NCBI GenBank assembly: GCA_964016885.1
Contig: OZ024750.1
Span: 13,330,001 to 13,394,000, forward strand
Length of the DNA: 64,000 nt
Direction of reading: 5' to 3'
Source of the DNA: Eledone cirrhosa
Taxonomy: Eukaryota
Below, piece by piece: positions 27,171 to 40,915 of this stretch. Under the pieces are notes generated by a model that was not told the origin of the DNA, made no database searches, and saw only the letters and a program-made list of their open reading frames with translations. The translations under genes and the position numbers were made by a program. How positions within the stretch are numbered: position 1 is the first letter of the stretch; every line of letters starts with the position of its first letter.

Positions 27171-27303
27171 CAAACTTATTGATTTGATAAACACCAATAA
27201 AAGATGGTCTTAGACGCGTAATTGAGGTATTGGAAGAAAATTACCTTAATTAGGTAACTTACCAATCTAGGTCGGAAGATGGAAAAAAATAAGATAACCT
27301 ACC

Positions 27304-27600
27304 TTAATTGATTGAATACAGAACTGTTTAATTAGACTCTAAAACTAGAATAAAGAAGTACGAGTCAGGGCGGGAGGGACGAGAATCTCGCAGTAAAGAG
27401 AAGTGAAAAGATTTTATAAAACGTTTTTTAAATTTGTATTTTATTAAGTACATTTTTTATTTAAATAAAAAACAAAGATGTATTTTTCAATGATTTATTT
27501 AACCTATAAAATAAATATTTTTATTTTCTCATTCGCGATATTTTACCGGAGTTATTCATAATCAAGTTCGCAACAACATGGCGATAAGTGTTTTAAAATA
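27304..27600. promoter_or_regulatory. Probable bidirectional promoter CUTA/FBXW4
   Basis: Divergent ATGs about 550 bp apart; GC box GGGCGG 27368-27373, TCGCGA near 27533, YY1-type AACATGGCG 27575-27583. Confidence 0.6.
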
Positions 27601-27717
27601 TTGACCACAGTGTTTAACATTTCTATATAAAAGAGACGTCTAAGATGAGAAAAATCGCAGATAACCGTGAGGGAATATATTTACTTCTATCAAAGGGGCA
27701 CATTTTGTCTGGCTGTG

Positions 27718-28028
27718 ATGTTCAAAAACTTTGTGATTCCTCCACAATCGGAGAATGGATTGTTGGAATCACCTTTGGCAACAATCAAATGTCAACCTTC
27801 ATACGAGGGTTCGATACAAACCCGATGCTTAAATGCAGAAAAGCAATTGATGGAGTTGCCTGAAGATATACTTTATCTATTGTTTCGTTACTTGGATCTT
27901 TGTTCCTTAGGACGCTTATGCCGAGTATGTCGGAAACTGCGTCGTCTGATATATACAGATTGTGTATGGCTGCGATTTACAAGACAACAGATGGTGATAA
28001 AAGATCTGGGTCATCGGTCTAAAGGCAA
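27718..28028 (+). CDS. FBXW4: F-box/WD-repeat protein 4 (dactylin), exon 1 (F-box)
   Basis: LMELPEDILYLLFRYLDLCSLGRLCRVCRKLR F-box; donor AA|GTATGT. The start codon is uncertain (first in-frame ATG chosen). Confidence 0.85.
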
Positions 28029-28300
28029 GTATGTATCTGTTCTGCTTTTGTTATTTATTATTCTCTATTTTCTCACTTTCTTAGTATTTATATATAATGT
28101 AATAGTTGTGTTCTAGAAAATAAAATGTCATCGCATTTTTTAGTTTCATTTTTTTATAGAAGGTAATTAGGAGTTTGCCTATAAATATATATAAAGACAG
28201 AGAGAGAGATTTGTATAATCCCGAGCGCGACACCAAGCGATATATATAATAATAATAATAATAAGTATGGACGAGATGTCAAATTTTCATTAAGTTTAAT

Positions 28301-28393
28301 CAGGTGTGACGCGCGTTTCGCGATTGATCAGCTCATGGTTCGATCTCTGGCGATCGGGCCCAACTCTGGAATCAAAATCTCATCAGACTTCTG
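28301..28393 (-). ncRNA. Hammerhead ribozyme (type I, long stem II) in a (TA)n-adjacent element
   Basis: CAGAAGU-CUGAUGA-GAUU..AAUC-GC-GAA ACGCGCGU C|ACACCUG. Confidence 0.65.
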
Positions 28394-28426
28394 TTAGCTT
28401 AATGACGGAATGATTCCCGTACAACG

Positions 28427-28480
<54 letters not shown>

Positions 28481-28751
28481 ATGTTATTGAAACATCTTAA
28501 CTTCTATCTATCTTAAAATCATATCAAATATATATTCAATGCTAAGAAATTGCTCCGTCTTGAGTTCCTTTTTACGACTTCGATATATTTACCTCAGAAT
28601 AAAATAAGATTGAAATTATAAACTGACAGTATACCATTGTTTACATAAAAATATGTTGATGTATGCCTCAGCTCTTGGCACTGGAATTTTAGTAACCCCT
28701 GTAAAGTAACTACATTAAAACCCTTCTGTATATGTGGTGTGGTAAATAGAC

Positions 28752-28816
<65 letters not shown>

Positions 28817-29211
28817 TTATTGTATCAATGTTTAGAGTGTGATTTCTTAGAATTACAAGCTAACAGAAACGCCTTTTATGATACTTGGTCGCTCAACCTG
28901 CTAGAAATAGCAGCTAAATTTCTTGCTTGTTAAATCCTAACGCCTTAAGCCGGGAAAGACGGATGCTTTTTTTATAAAATAAAAGACATTAATTAGGTAA
29001 TACAATGTTAAATAAACTGTCTGAAAAGAAAACGGGATGGTGATGACTGGAATACGGTACATATGGTTATAGGTCTACTCAACCAGATTTGATGTTTTTG
29101 TTTTTTTTAACTCTTTTTGATTTTATTAAAGCACTAAAAATAGATGAACACTATTTCCTATTTTTACATCTTTAAATGATTATATGAGAAATTCTTTTTT
29201 CTATAAATTAG

Positions 29212-29307
29212 ATCCTGTGCACCTACCTTGAAAGAGCAATACCGTGTGACAAGGAACTGGATTAAAGGAAAGAATAGAGAGACTGCCGTTGTGAAATATC
29301 GCTCAAA
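29212..29307 (+). CDS. FBXW4: FBXW4 exon 2
   Basis: TAG|..SCAPTLKEQYRVTRNWIKGKNRETAVVKYRS..|GTATGT; phase 2/2; resembles the FBXW4 KERVKVSQNWRLG segment. Confidence 0.88.
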
Positions 29308-30077
29308 GTATGTTAAACCTCTTTTGTTTGAAGTGTAATATTTTGTCTTTAGAATTGTTTTCATTCATACCATGTTGTGGACATGGTCAGTGCTCTTACT
29401 TCGATATAGCTAGAACCACTAACTCTCAGTAGGTACCATACCATATTGTGTAAATGGTCACTATACTTACTACTATAATGCTAGAATCACTAACAGCATA
29501 TTGTGTACATGGCCAATACACCTACTACTATATAGCTAGAATCACTAACTCAGTAGACACAATACTATGCTGTGTTCCTGGTCAATATACATCTCTATAG
29601 CTTGGACCACTAGCTCAGAGTAAGTACCATATCATGTTGTGGACATGGTCAATATACTACTATAATGCTAGGACCATTAACACCATGTTGGGGACATGGT
29701 GTTAGTGGTCCTAGGGTTGGGAGGACCTTTCAGTTATTTCAAAGACATGACAACCTCCCCTGTGCACTCGATAGAATGTAAGATTGAATGTAACTGAGAT
29801 GCAGACTCCCCCGGGATGTCTGAGAGGTCTGTAGCCCCACTTCAGTACTGACTTGATTCTATTTAGACCAGTCCATCCCTTGTTAGTAGAGGAAGTGGAC
29901 ATTAAATGATGATGACAATTGAATCTGTTAAATAAATATTTTTTTTTAATAATACTGAAACATAAATTAAATTTGTTATATTATATGCTGCAAAACCTTT
30001 AAAATTGATTAAATCTACTTTGATTGTTGTGGTTTTGAATTAATATTTCCATTAAATATGGTTTTCATATCTTTCAG

Positions 30078-30269
30078 ACAGCTTCCATGGTTGCATTTTG
30101 ATGAAGATTACAACAAAACAATGTGGTTATCTATTGGTCCTTACATAAAGTGTTATAAAGTTCTTGCAAATGGGCTCTTTCATGAAAACTCTCAACGAAT
30201 GCTTGGACCATTGCCTAGTGATGTAACTAGATTTGTATTCAAAGATTCAGTAATTGTTACTGGCTGTAG
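30078..30269 (+). CDS. FBXW4: FBXW4 exon 3
   Basis: TTTCAG|..QLPWLHFD..SDVTRFVFKDSVIVTGC..|GTCAGT. Confidence 0.9.
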
Positions 30270-30518
30270 GTCAGTAATATTTATATTTATATCTAAGATC
30301 TCTATTATTATAATAACTATGAAATCTGTCTTTCCAATCAGTCACTGAAACTTCATCAATATCAGATATTGTGATACCTTTTTACCTCGTTTCTAATCAA
30401 TGTAATGATAACTTTCACAACAAAATATTTCAGTTTAAATAATGACATCCACATCAGAGTCCTGAAAATATTTGTCTATGAAAACTGCAAAATCAAATTT
30501 AAGTTATATATATATACA

Positions 30519-30707
30519 CACCGGGGTACTGAAAACTTCCTGGCTTAAGGGTATCGTGAAAGGATAGAGGTGTTACCTTTACAGAGGAGGTAGGACCGCT
30601 ACAATAAGTGTGAATCTGAGAGGGGAATATGTTGAATAAAATCATAATTAACTGATCCTCCTGTATTTCCTTTTATCCAAAGCCAGGAACTTTTCAGTGC
30701 CCCAGTA
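30519..30707 (+). mobile_element. Internally deleted mariner element
   Basis: About 28-bp TIRs (GGGGTACTGAAAACTTCCTGGCTT / AAGCCAGGAACTTTTCAGTGCCCC) in TA context; retains a frameshifted transposase C-terminus RYNKC..LRGEYVE*. Confidence 0.75.
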
Positions 30708-31294
30708 TATATTCTAGCTACTTGGCTATCCTATATTAGGATTCTATTCTCTGTTGCTTCTTATTTGGCAAGGCAACTCTATTGGATCAATCTAGTAGAA
30801 AATTTTCATAGATTTCACTAATAAATTCTAACACACTGAGCTATTTTGGGGTTATAAGAGAAAGGCCAGGCCACTGACATTGAGTAAATTACTGGTACTT
30901 GTTTTATTGATTATTAAGGGATGAAGAATAAAATACATTTAGGAGATGTTAATCTCTAAGCTGACTATTACATCCTTTGTACCAACACTGAAGTCTGAGC
31001 TTTAAAGTAGAAGGAAAATTGTTTAATCCATTATCTGACATTACAAATGATCGCTATTTCTATCACACCAAATATCCCTTTCATCAATTAGGACAAGCCC
31101 TTTCTTAACAAGTGAGAAAGTACTATTAAGTAGGGATAGAAGTTCCTTTTCACTTTTCTGATCAATGGCTATCAATATATGGTGGTGTGTAAAAGCTGTC
31201 TCGAAAAGCATTTATGATAATTGTCTCTTTTTATAACATTCTGCACCTAGTGACTGAACCAGTCCACTTCTATAATCTTGACTTTCATATGTAA

Positions 31295-31506
31295 CCCTTT
31301 AGTTACCAACCCGACCAAAACCGGCTCTGGTTCTATGAAATAAAACCACCCATTTTAAAGGTTTCTTATTTAAATTAAAATCTTCCAACATCATTTTATA
31401 TAAGAACCTTACATTTAGTTACTATCTTAACAATGAAATAATTAATAATTATTCATTAATTAATTAAAATAGAGTGTATTTCATTAGAAATGCAGTCATG
31501 AAAGGG
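31295..31506. mobile_element. Second piggyBac-like MITE family (degenerate); relatives near 20990-21209, 35290-35480, 61480-61940
   Basis: (G)TAACCCTTT..AAAGGGTTAA ends and shared internal sequence. Confidence 0.55.
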
Positions 31507-31811
31507 TTAATAAATTGTAGACAATAACTTTTACTGTCATCACACTTGCAAATTAGCTGATGTAATGTTACAAAATCAAATACATGGATGCAGACTTTTA
31601 TCATTTGCGTGCCATGAATATAGTCTTCCATTTTTTAATTTAAGTTATTAATTTATAAATGTTGGACATCATGTACATCTTAGAACATCTGTTTTCAGAG
31701 ACATTAATTTCTTACACTTAGATTATGAGTATTAGAAATAAGATATGATCGTGTATAATAATGTAGTGTATCTCTTGCAAAAGTGTTAAAGTTTGAACTT
31801 TCTTCTTTTAG

Positions 31812-31950
31812 AGAAGGAAGTGTGGTGGCTTGGGATAGCAACACGCAAGAAAAGTTGTTCCATTGTGTAAATGTTCACAAGGAAGATTCTCAGTGTGTGG
31901 ATTTTCATGGTGACATCATTGTCTCAGGCTCTCGTGATGCAACTCTAAAG
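31812..31950 (+). CDS. FBXW4: FBXW4 exon 4 (WD40)
   Basis: TTTTAG|..VHKEDSQCVDFHGDIIVSGSRDATLK|GTGAAA. Confidence 0.92.
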
Positions 31951-33274
31951 GTGAAATAATCAGTTTGACTCTTCTCTATTTTTATTTTTTTCTATTTTTG
32001 AGCCTAGAGCCAACAAAAGTAACCCCCTACTGTTGATTAATTATTTAATTGTTTAAACCTTACAAAAAAAATTGTTGTAATCACAAGTGAAAGTTTTTAC
32101 GGAAATATTGTGAAAAGTTATAAGAAATCTTTAGTTTTGAGAAATTGTCTTTGTAATTTTGATGTAATAAGAATGAGTTATTCTAAAACTATTCATATTA
32201 GTCAATAGTAATTGTGAGATCTGTTGTGTAGGAACAAAAGTTCTGGTTTGCTGGCCTTAAGGACAGGCCCCATGGTTATTAAGAAACACTTGAATCCCTT
32301 TATGTTTAAATTAAACTTCTTATCACGTTGAGAAGAGTTTGTTGAAATGTCAAAAACAGTTGTGTCCCTTACATTTGGTACCTTGTTAGTTATGGTTGCT
32401 GGCAGGATATTAATGTAGAATAAACTGTCCTCATAAAGAATATCTTAGATATTAACCGGCATCATCATTTAATGTCCATTTACCACACTAGCATAGGTTA
32501 GATGAGTTGTTCTATTGTGAGAAAAGTGAGATCAGGTGACCATGTCTTGTTCATACAGAACTGTTTCAGGCTTGCTTTCTACAGCTGGATGCCCCTCCTA
32601 ATGCCAACCACATTTACAGTATAGACCGGGTGCTTATTCCATCGTGTCATCAGCATAACTACATTTACAGTATGGACTGGATTGCTTTTTATTATGGCAC
32701 CAAAGCAACCAGATGACAGGTTGGACTGGGTACTTTTTCCTCGTGTCTCCTGCACAACCACCTACAGTGTGGATTGGGTACTTTTTCATCATATCACCAG
32801 CACAAGTACCTTACAGGGTGGACTGGGTGCTTTTCATTGTGCCACTAGCATGACCACTTCAGTGTCAGCAATCATAGCTGTTATGTTATCAGAAAAAGAC
32901 TACTATCTTAGCAACTCACACCCCATACTACCTCTTATAGTAATCATCTTTCTCTCTCTCTCTCTCTCTAACCCTGCCTTCCTCCAATGCTAGCAGAATA
33001 TTGCTAAAGTAGTCAAACATTAATCTCTGTACAAGGGTAGAATTCCAAATTTTACACAATGGCTGAATGTTGGTGACTATTACCATAGAACATTCAAGGT
33101 ATAAGTTGGATGTTGATAATTAATTTTAGTTTTATGCATATTCAAAAGGAACCAATATTATTTTCGTGTTTATAACTTGATAATATTTTTGTGTGATAAT
33201 GTACCATTTACTTGTAGTTACAAGCTGAGGTCAACATTGGTGAAACCATTTTCATGTTTGTATTTATATTCCAG

Positions 33275-33372
33275 ATTTTAAGCATGCACGAGAAAGAATC
33301 CAAGCGGCAAGTCCGAGCAACACTTCATTCTGAAGATCGTTTATGGTCGGTGGCTATGAATCCAGATGGAAC
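33275..33372 (+). CDS. FBXW4: FBXW4 exon 5
   Basis: TCCAG|ILSMHE..EDRLWSVAMNPDG|GTAAGG. Confidence 0.92.
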
Positions 33373-33554
33373 GTAAGGATATGACCATTTCTAGTTATGT
33401 AGAGGGGGGTACATGTAATTAGAACTTGTTTCGAATGTAACTGGGGGAACCTGTTAGATATTTTAATGATTCAACTTCAATAGCATATATTTTTCTACAA
33501 AATACTTGTCTGTAATGTTATTAATGAATCTTTTCTAATTGTTAATTTATCCAG

Positions 33555-33620
33555 GTCTTTTACATCAGGAAATGCTTGCTGTAACAGTAAATTTCCATTA
33601 CAAGTTTGGGACTTGTATAA
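33555..33620 (+). CDS. FBXW4: FBXW4 exon 6
   Basis: TCCAG|SFTSGNACCNSKFPLQVWDLY|GTAAGT; matches the FBXW4 GTACC..PL.IWDL motif. Confidence 0.92.
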
Positions 33621-33898
33621 GTAAGTTGAGTTGGTTTTTATTTCTTGTCGTCAACACTATTTGTTGTTTCATTATATAAAGCTACTGTTACCACTCAAAC
33701 TCTATTGAAAACATTTATGCCACTTCACCTCTCTCTATTGGAGACTGATTTTCTATGTCTCTCTCCCTCTTCAGTGACCACCAGTATGGCTTCTACATAG
33801 CGAGATCTATTGGGACTGTTCTATGTCAGTTATCAGTGGTATCTCACCCTTGAAAATTTTGGTAAAAACTATGTTGTTTCACTTGAATCAGGAAAGGC

Positions 33899-34395
33899 TT
33901 TGTCTATATGTTGGCAATAGTACATCTTAGCTTTGTTGCCTATGGAAACGTTGTCTATATGTTGGCAATAGTACATCTTAGCTTTGTTGCCTATGGAAAC
34001 GTTGTCTATATGTTGGCAATAGTACATCTTAGCTTTGTTGCCTATGGAAACGTTGTCTATATGTTGGCAATAGTACATCTTAGCTTTGTTGCCTATGGAA
34101 ACGTTGTCTATATGTTGGCAATAGTACATCTTATCTTTGTTGCCTATGGAAACGTTGTCTATATGTTGGCAATAGCACATCTTATCTTTGTTGCCTATGG
34201 AAACGTTTATATGTTGGCAATAGTACATCTTAGCTTTGTTGCCTATGGAAACGTTGTCTATATGTTGGCAATAGCACATCTTATCTTTGTTGCCTATGGA
34301 AACGTTTATATGTTGGCAATAGCACATCTTATCTTTGTTGCCTATGGAAACGTCTATATGTTAGCAATAGCACATCTTAGCTTTGTTGCCTACAG
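33899..34395. repeat. Minisatellite, 51/48-bp unit, about 10 copies, in FBXW4 intron 6
   Basis: TTGTCTATATGTTGGCAATAGTACATCTTAGCTTTGTTGCCTATGGAAACG repeated. Confidence 0.95.
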
Positions 34396-34722
34396 AAACT
34401 TTGACAAACTGAGTTTCAAGCTAAACATCAACTGCAACAGGTTCACCATTGTGAAAGATCCTGCAGAGGTTCATAAAGAATGTTTTATGGCAGCATATTC
34501 CTTTTGGCTGTTTAAAGTGTATAAAGATATATATTTAGTCTTTTTTTTGTGTGTGTGGAGGGGTTATTCTTTTAGTTCCTCTTCTATGTGGTACTCTCAG
34601 AAAAAGAAGTAAGGCATACCTTTAATATTTAAACTTTATTGATTAACTGTTTTATCAATAAGTTATAGATGTTCTGTGTAGATATGTCAGATATTTTTAA
34701 TACTTGTATTTTTTAATTGCAG

Positions 34723-34863
34723 AGGCATTATTCATTGTAGTTTGGGAAATAATCATCGGCATGGAGCTGGTGTATTAGATATAAAGTATGAAACACCCTT
34801 TACACTTCTCTCTTGTGGCTACGATTCTTTTGCTCGACTCTGGGATCTTCGGACCAACAGATG
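34723..34863 (+). CDS. FBXW4: FBXW4 exon 7
   Basis: TGCAG|..GAGVLDIKYETPFTLLSCGYDSFARLWDLRT..|GTAAGG. Confidence 0.95.
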
Positions 34864-35101
34864 GTAAGGATATATATTTCATTATTATATCTATTGTTGT
34901 TGTTAAATGTGAACAATGGTGTTTTAAAAATAAGAAGGAAGAATTGCATTTATAAGTTGTTTATCTTACAAGTTCATTAGATATAAAGTCTAGCCTATAT
35001 CATGGTTAGATGTTATTGTTGTTATATAAATATTTCCACTCAACTATTTTGCCAGTTTAAGAAAAAAAAAACGATTTTTTTTTTTTTTTTCTAATTTTCA
35101 G

Positions 35102-35237
35102 TGAATTAATGTGGGAAGAACCATTCAATTCTGCTGTTTATTGTGTGAAAACTCATGGGAACTACACTATGGTGACAGGTACTGCACGGCATGGTATGAC
35201 AAGACTATGGGACAAGCGAGTTACCAAGTCAATACAG
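35102..35237 (+). CDS. FBXW4: FBXW4 exon 8
   Basis: TTTCAG|..WEEPFNSAVYCVKTHGNYTMVTGTARHGMTRLWDKR..|GTAAAG. Confidence 0.95.
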
Positions 35238-35748
35238 GTAAAGTCATTTTTGGGGGGTTGTTTTTGGTTTTTTTTCAGTAAATTTATTAATCCTTTTGAT
35301 ATGGGACCATTTGAAATCCCCACTCCCTGTTTATGATTGATGTCAAACCATTTACTTTGAATCATATATTTCTCTAAAACCTTTCCATCATAGCTGTTCC
35401 AAACAGCAGCTTCATAATGAGAAAGTTATATTACTAAATCCCTCCAAATTCTTGATTATTTGAAAACCACTTAATTTGAAGTCAACTGCAGAATTTAATT
35501 GGAGCTTTATGGAAAGATGACTTTGATTCACAATGTTAAGAATCAGAACAAATACTTTTATGGCATTTTATCCAATGCTCTACCAATTCTGTAAATCAAT
35601 TTCAATTAGATGTAATATTGAAGGAGAAATGTTTCATGACTTTCAAACTTGATTGATCCCTTATTTAAAACTTTAGTATGAATACATTTTTTATTATAAT
35701 TATCCTATGAATATTGAGTTATAATCATACTTTATTTCTTTTTTTCAG

Positions 35749-35865
35749 TTCTACTATGCTGGTCACCGAAGTAGTCCAGTATATTCATTGGCTTTTAACT
35801 CTACACATCTTTACCTGGCCCTCGACAAATCTCTCAGCATGCTTGACTTCACTATTTATAAATAA
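35749..35865 (+). CDS. FBXW4: FBXW4 exon 9 (terminal)
   Basis: TTTCAG|FYYAGHRSSPVYSLAFNSTHLYLALDKSLSMLDFTIYK*; the spliced CDS totals 1296 nt. Confidence 0.92.
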   Translation, partial: FYYAGHRSSPVYSLAFNSTHLYLALDKSLSMLDFTIYK

Positions 35866-36364
35866 TAAATAATTAGACAAAAAGCTATACATTCTTATTA
35901 TTACTAAAGAAACCAAAATATCGATTGAGAAATACCAATTTTATAATTCTATCATGAACATTATTGAATTATATAGCAGAGCTTTCTTTAAACTGGTTCT
36001 AGTGCACATTATTTCTGTTTTACGTCTCGGATGTTTTTTTGTTTGTGTGTGTGTGTGCACACAAAGATTGTATATGTTAATCTTGAAATGTTCAAGTTTT
36101 ACACTATAAAATAATTATGTATTTTGATTTTTTATTCTATTTTATGTTTTAATCTTTTGGGATATTAAATCAGGATGGGTAAATTATATAATTATATAAA
36201 TATATATCTGCTGTGATGGGTTTTTATTTATATATATTTTATTATATTAGTTAGACCATTTGAGTTGTAAGATTAATGTGGTTTATATTTAGTTTGAATA
36301 TTTAAATCAACATTTGTAGGGAGAGTATTTGAGAAAGGTTTATGTCAAGTGTGAGGTTTGTTGA

Positions 36365-36512
36365 TAAGAAGAGGAGTGACCTGTGTTTTTGTTAGGCTTA
36401 GCTGGGGGTGGTATAACAAGGGGAGAGTCCTGTGTTTTTGTTGGGTTTAGCTGGGGGGTGGTAGAAGAAGGGGTGAGTCCTGCATTTTTGTTGGGTTTAG
36501 CTGGGGGTGGTA
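36365..36512. repeat. Short tandem repeat, about 50-bp unit, about 3 copies
   Basis: TTTTTGTTGGGTTTAGCTGGGGGTGGTA recurs three times. Confidence 0.75.
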
Positions 36513-36843
36513 TTCAACTTTAATTTGAAGTTAAAATATTTTTTCTACAATCCAATGTGTTTCAGCTATGACCATCTCACCTTTCTTTTAGATATTGGTA
36601 TCTTGAACTACAACAATCCAATGTGTCTTTTATTTTTATTTTTTTAAAGTCATTAGTGTATGATTTAAGAGAGATTTGGTTACTATTTCTAGCATGTCCA
36701 TCAACAATGCTGGAGAGTTTCTCATTAAATTAAGTGATATTTTTGTCATCTAGCTGATATTTAGGAATATATTTCACGGTGATTTCTTTCACAAATTTAT
36801 CTTGTATAATCACTAGTGTTGTCTGTATGAAATATACATTTTT

Positions 36844-37272
36844 AAAGCTAACATCTTTCAAACAAAATATTTACACCACATACGCCTGCTGCATACTTGA
36901 TAAAACCTCAGTAAAGCTAACATCTTTCAAACAAAATATTTACACCTGCTGCACATTTGATAAAACCTCAGTAAAGCTAACATCTTTCAAACAAAATATT
37001 TACACCTGCTGCACACTTGATAAAACCTCAGTAAAACTAACATCTTTCAAACAAAATATTTACACCACATACGCCTGCTGCAGACTTCCTAAAACCTCAG
37101 TAAAGCTAACATCTTTCAAACAAAATGTTTACACCACATACGCCTGCTGCACACTTTTCAAACAAAATATTTACACCACATATGACCGCTGCATACTTGA
37201 TAAAACCTCAGTAAAGCTAACATCTTTCAAACAATATTTACACCACATACAACTGCTGTACACTTGATAAAA
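36844..37272. repeat. Minisatellite, 60/69-bp unit, about 6.5 copies
   Basis: AAAGCTAACATCTTTCAAACAAAATATTTACACC..GATAAAACCTCAGT repeated. Confidence 0.9.
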
Positions 37273-38083
37273 CTCGGTGGATTTTCTGTCTTCGTCTTCT
37301 GCCTAACCTGAATTCTATGAATGACAATATTTTTTTATATTGTTTTTGTTGGTGTTTTCATTTCACTTTATTTTCCATTACCAAAAGAAACTTTATCATT
37401 TTTTTTCTGGCAGGTAATTTGATGCAATAAGATTTCCATAGACCATGTTAGTAGCTTTGCTTCTTTTACTTCATTGAGAGTTTTTTGGGGTTTTTTTAGG
37501 GGGGAGGGGTAAAAGAAATACATCACTCTCTAATGTTAAACCCCATCCCCCTCCCCTCAAAAACTGAAGGTTATAATTGTTATTATTTTAGCAAGAAACT
37601 ACATTATTAACCATTTAGAAAATGTGATTTTTTTTTTTTTTTTTTTTTTAAACATGTAAATATATATATATATACTTATTAGTTATATTAAATATTATTA
37701 CTAATACTATTGCTAATTTTTAACATTTGTTCTTCTGAATAAAATATCACTTGCCATTTAGTATCTTTTTATTTTATTTTAAATATATTTTGTATTATTT
37801 AATTTTTTTTTTAATGACAAAAAATAACTGTAGGTGCAGGTATTGTTGTGTGGTTAAGAAGTTTGATTCATAACAGTTTCTGGTTGAAATCCAGTGATAT
37901 CTTGAGCAAGTTTTTTCTACTATAGCCTCAAGTCAGCCTGAGTAAACTGTGAGGAAACCCATTGGTTAAAAAGTTTTTTTCCATAAAACATAAAAGACAA
38001 ATAAAACAATCGCCTCCCACCTACACACCCCCAGTTGTTGACCTTTTGTCTAAATCAGAAATTATTATTACAATAATATGTAT

Positions 38084-38407
38084 GAGTTCTAATCCCGCTG
38101 TGGTTAACTTTGCCTTTCATCCTTACTGAGTCGATAAAAAAAGTACCAGTAATGCACTGGGGTCGATTTAATTGACTTGTGCCTAGATCAGAAACCATTA
38201 CGATAGTGTGTAAGGGTGGTGGGTTGGCAACATCGGTAGAGCATCAGATGACATGCTTTGCAGCATAGAGTTATGGTCCTTAACGTTCTAAGTTCAAATC
38301 CCACCAAGGTTCACTTTGCCTTTCATCTTTACGAGGTCGATAAAATACAGTACCAGTAATGCACTGGGTTATTGCTTGCTTTGTGCCAAAAGTAGAAACA
38401 ATTATTA
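38084..38407 (+). mobile_element. Two tandem SINE copies (main family)
   Basis: B box, core and tail twice. Confidence 0.8.
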
Positions 38408-39166
38408 CAATAGTGTGTGTGTGTAACTAGAAACATTAACAACGTATGTTCAGTAATATATTTTACAAAAACAAGTTGGAAATGTGAAAAAAAAAAGATA
38501 AACAGAGGAGGAAAGGGCAGATCTGGCTGTAGAGGAAAAGGAGGGGTAAAAGCAAGGATTATTAGGCTGTGGAAGAAAAGGAGCGGGTAGGAGATAGGGT
38601 GATAGGCTCTTTGCATAAGGCGTGGTGGTGTTTCGGCTGTGTCCCGTGCGGACAATGGCCAGCAACAACCACCCCACCTCGTGGGGTTCCTCCCTCATAC
38701 GGGCTGCCGACGTCAACGGAAAAAATAAAAGATATAATGGGCGTTTGTTTAATATTGGGTTGTCAAGTATGAAATTTGTTAAAGTAAAAAAAAAAAAAAA
38801 AAATTTCTACAAATTTCATGTTTGATGGCCCAATATTTACCGAGATGCACTCAGTTTCATATCAAACCCAGCATTGGCTAAAATACGTCATCATCATCAT
38901 CGTTTAACGTCTATCTTCCACGCTAGCATAGGTTAGACGGGAGTTGTCCCACTTGAGGCAAGATTGGTCGGGTGGCCATGTCTCGCTCATATAGGACTAC
39001 CTGGCAGGTTTTCTACAGCTGGATGCCCTTCCTATCATTAACCACATTTACAGTGTGGACTGGGAGCTTTTCACCGTGTTACCTACACGACCATATTATA
39101 GCGTGGACTGTTTTTTTTTTTGTTTTTTTTTTGTGACACACGATCTCATTAGTTTGGACTGGATGT

Positions 39167-39221
<55 letters not shown>

Positions 39222-39760
39222 TTATTAGATACACCGTACAACAGTGTATTTCAGATTAGGCAACATACAATGTTTAATATATCATTAATTTATTATGAAA
39301 AATGTCTACAACGTTTTTTAAATTAATTTTTGTTGTTTTAATGCAAACAAAACAGGATATAAGTAAAAGACATTATTTCTGCACAGAAATATATTCTGGA
39401 ACTTTAATTAGGTAGAAAAATGAATTGCTAACATACACGGAAACACACACACACTCTCTCCCTGTCACTTTCTCTCTTGTTGTCTTTGTTCAAGGAATAG
39501 ATTCAATTTTTTTAATTTTTAAGTTTTGCCTTCATTCAAATTTGTTTTCTTCTTCACACTCTTTTCGAACGAACCGTTTAGGCAAGAATAACTTTTGAGG
39601 AAAAATTGGCTTGAAACACTGCTTCGTATTGTCGAAAAATTCCACAAAATAATAGTGGAAGAGTTTTTTTGTTGTTGTTTCTAAAACCAGTCCTCTCTCT
39701 CTTTCACTCGTTTATCAGCATCAAACATTATTAATATTAATATTCTTAATATTAATATTA

Positions 39761-40915
<1,155 letters not shown>

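Noticed and set aside
28024-28030. GC-AG donor AAAG|GCAAGT for FBXW4 exon 1
   Set aside because: Wrong phase for exon 2; the GT donor after 28028 fits
33869-34612. 152-aa and 234-aa repetitive ORFs; CRISPR-like appearance
   Set aside because: 51/48-bp intronic minisatellite with unit length divisible by 3; no unique spacers and no cas genes
36779-37267. 162-aa repetitive ORF
   Set aside because: 60/69-bp minisatellite
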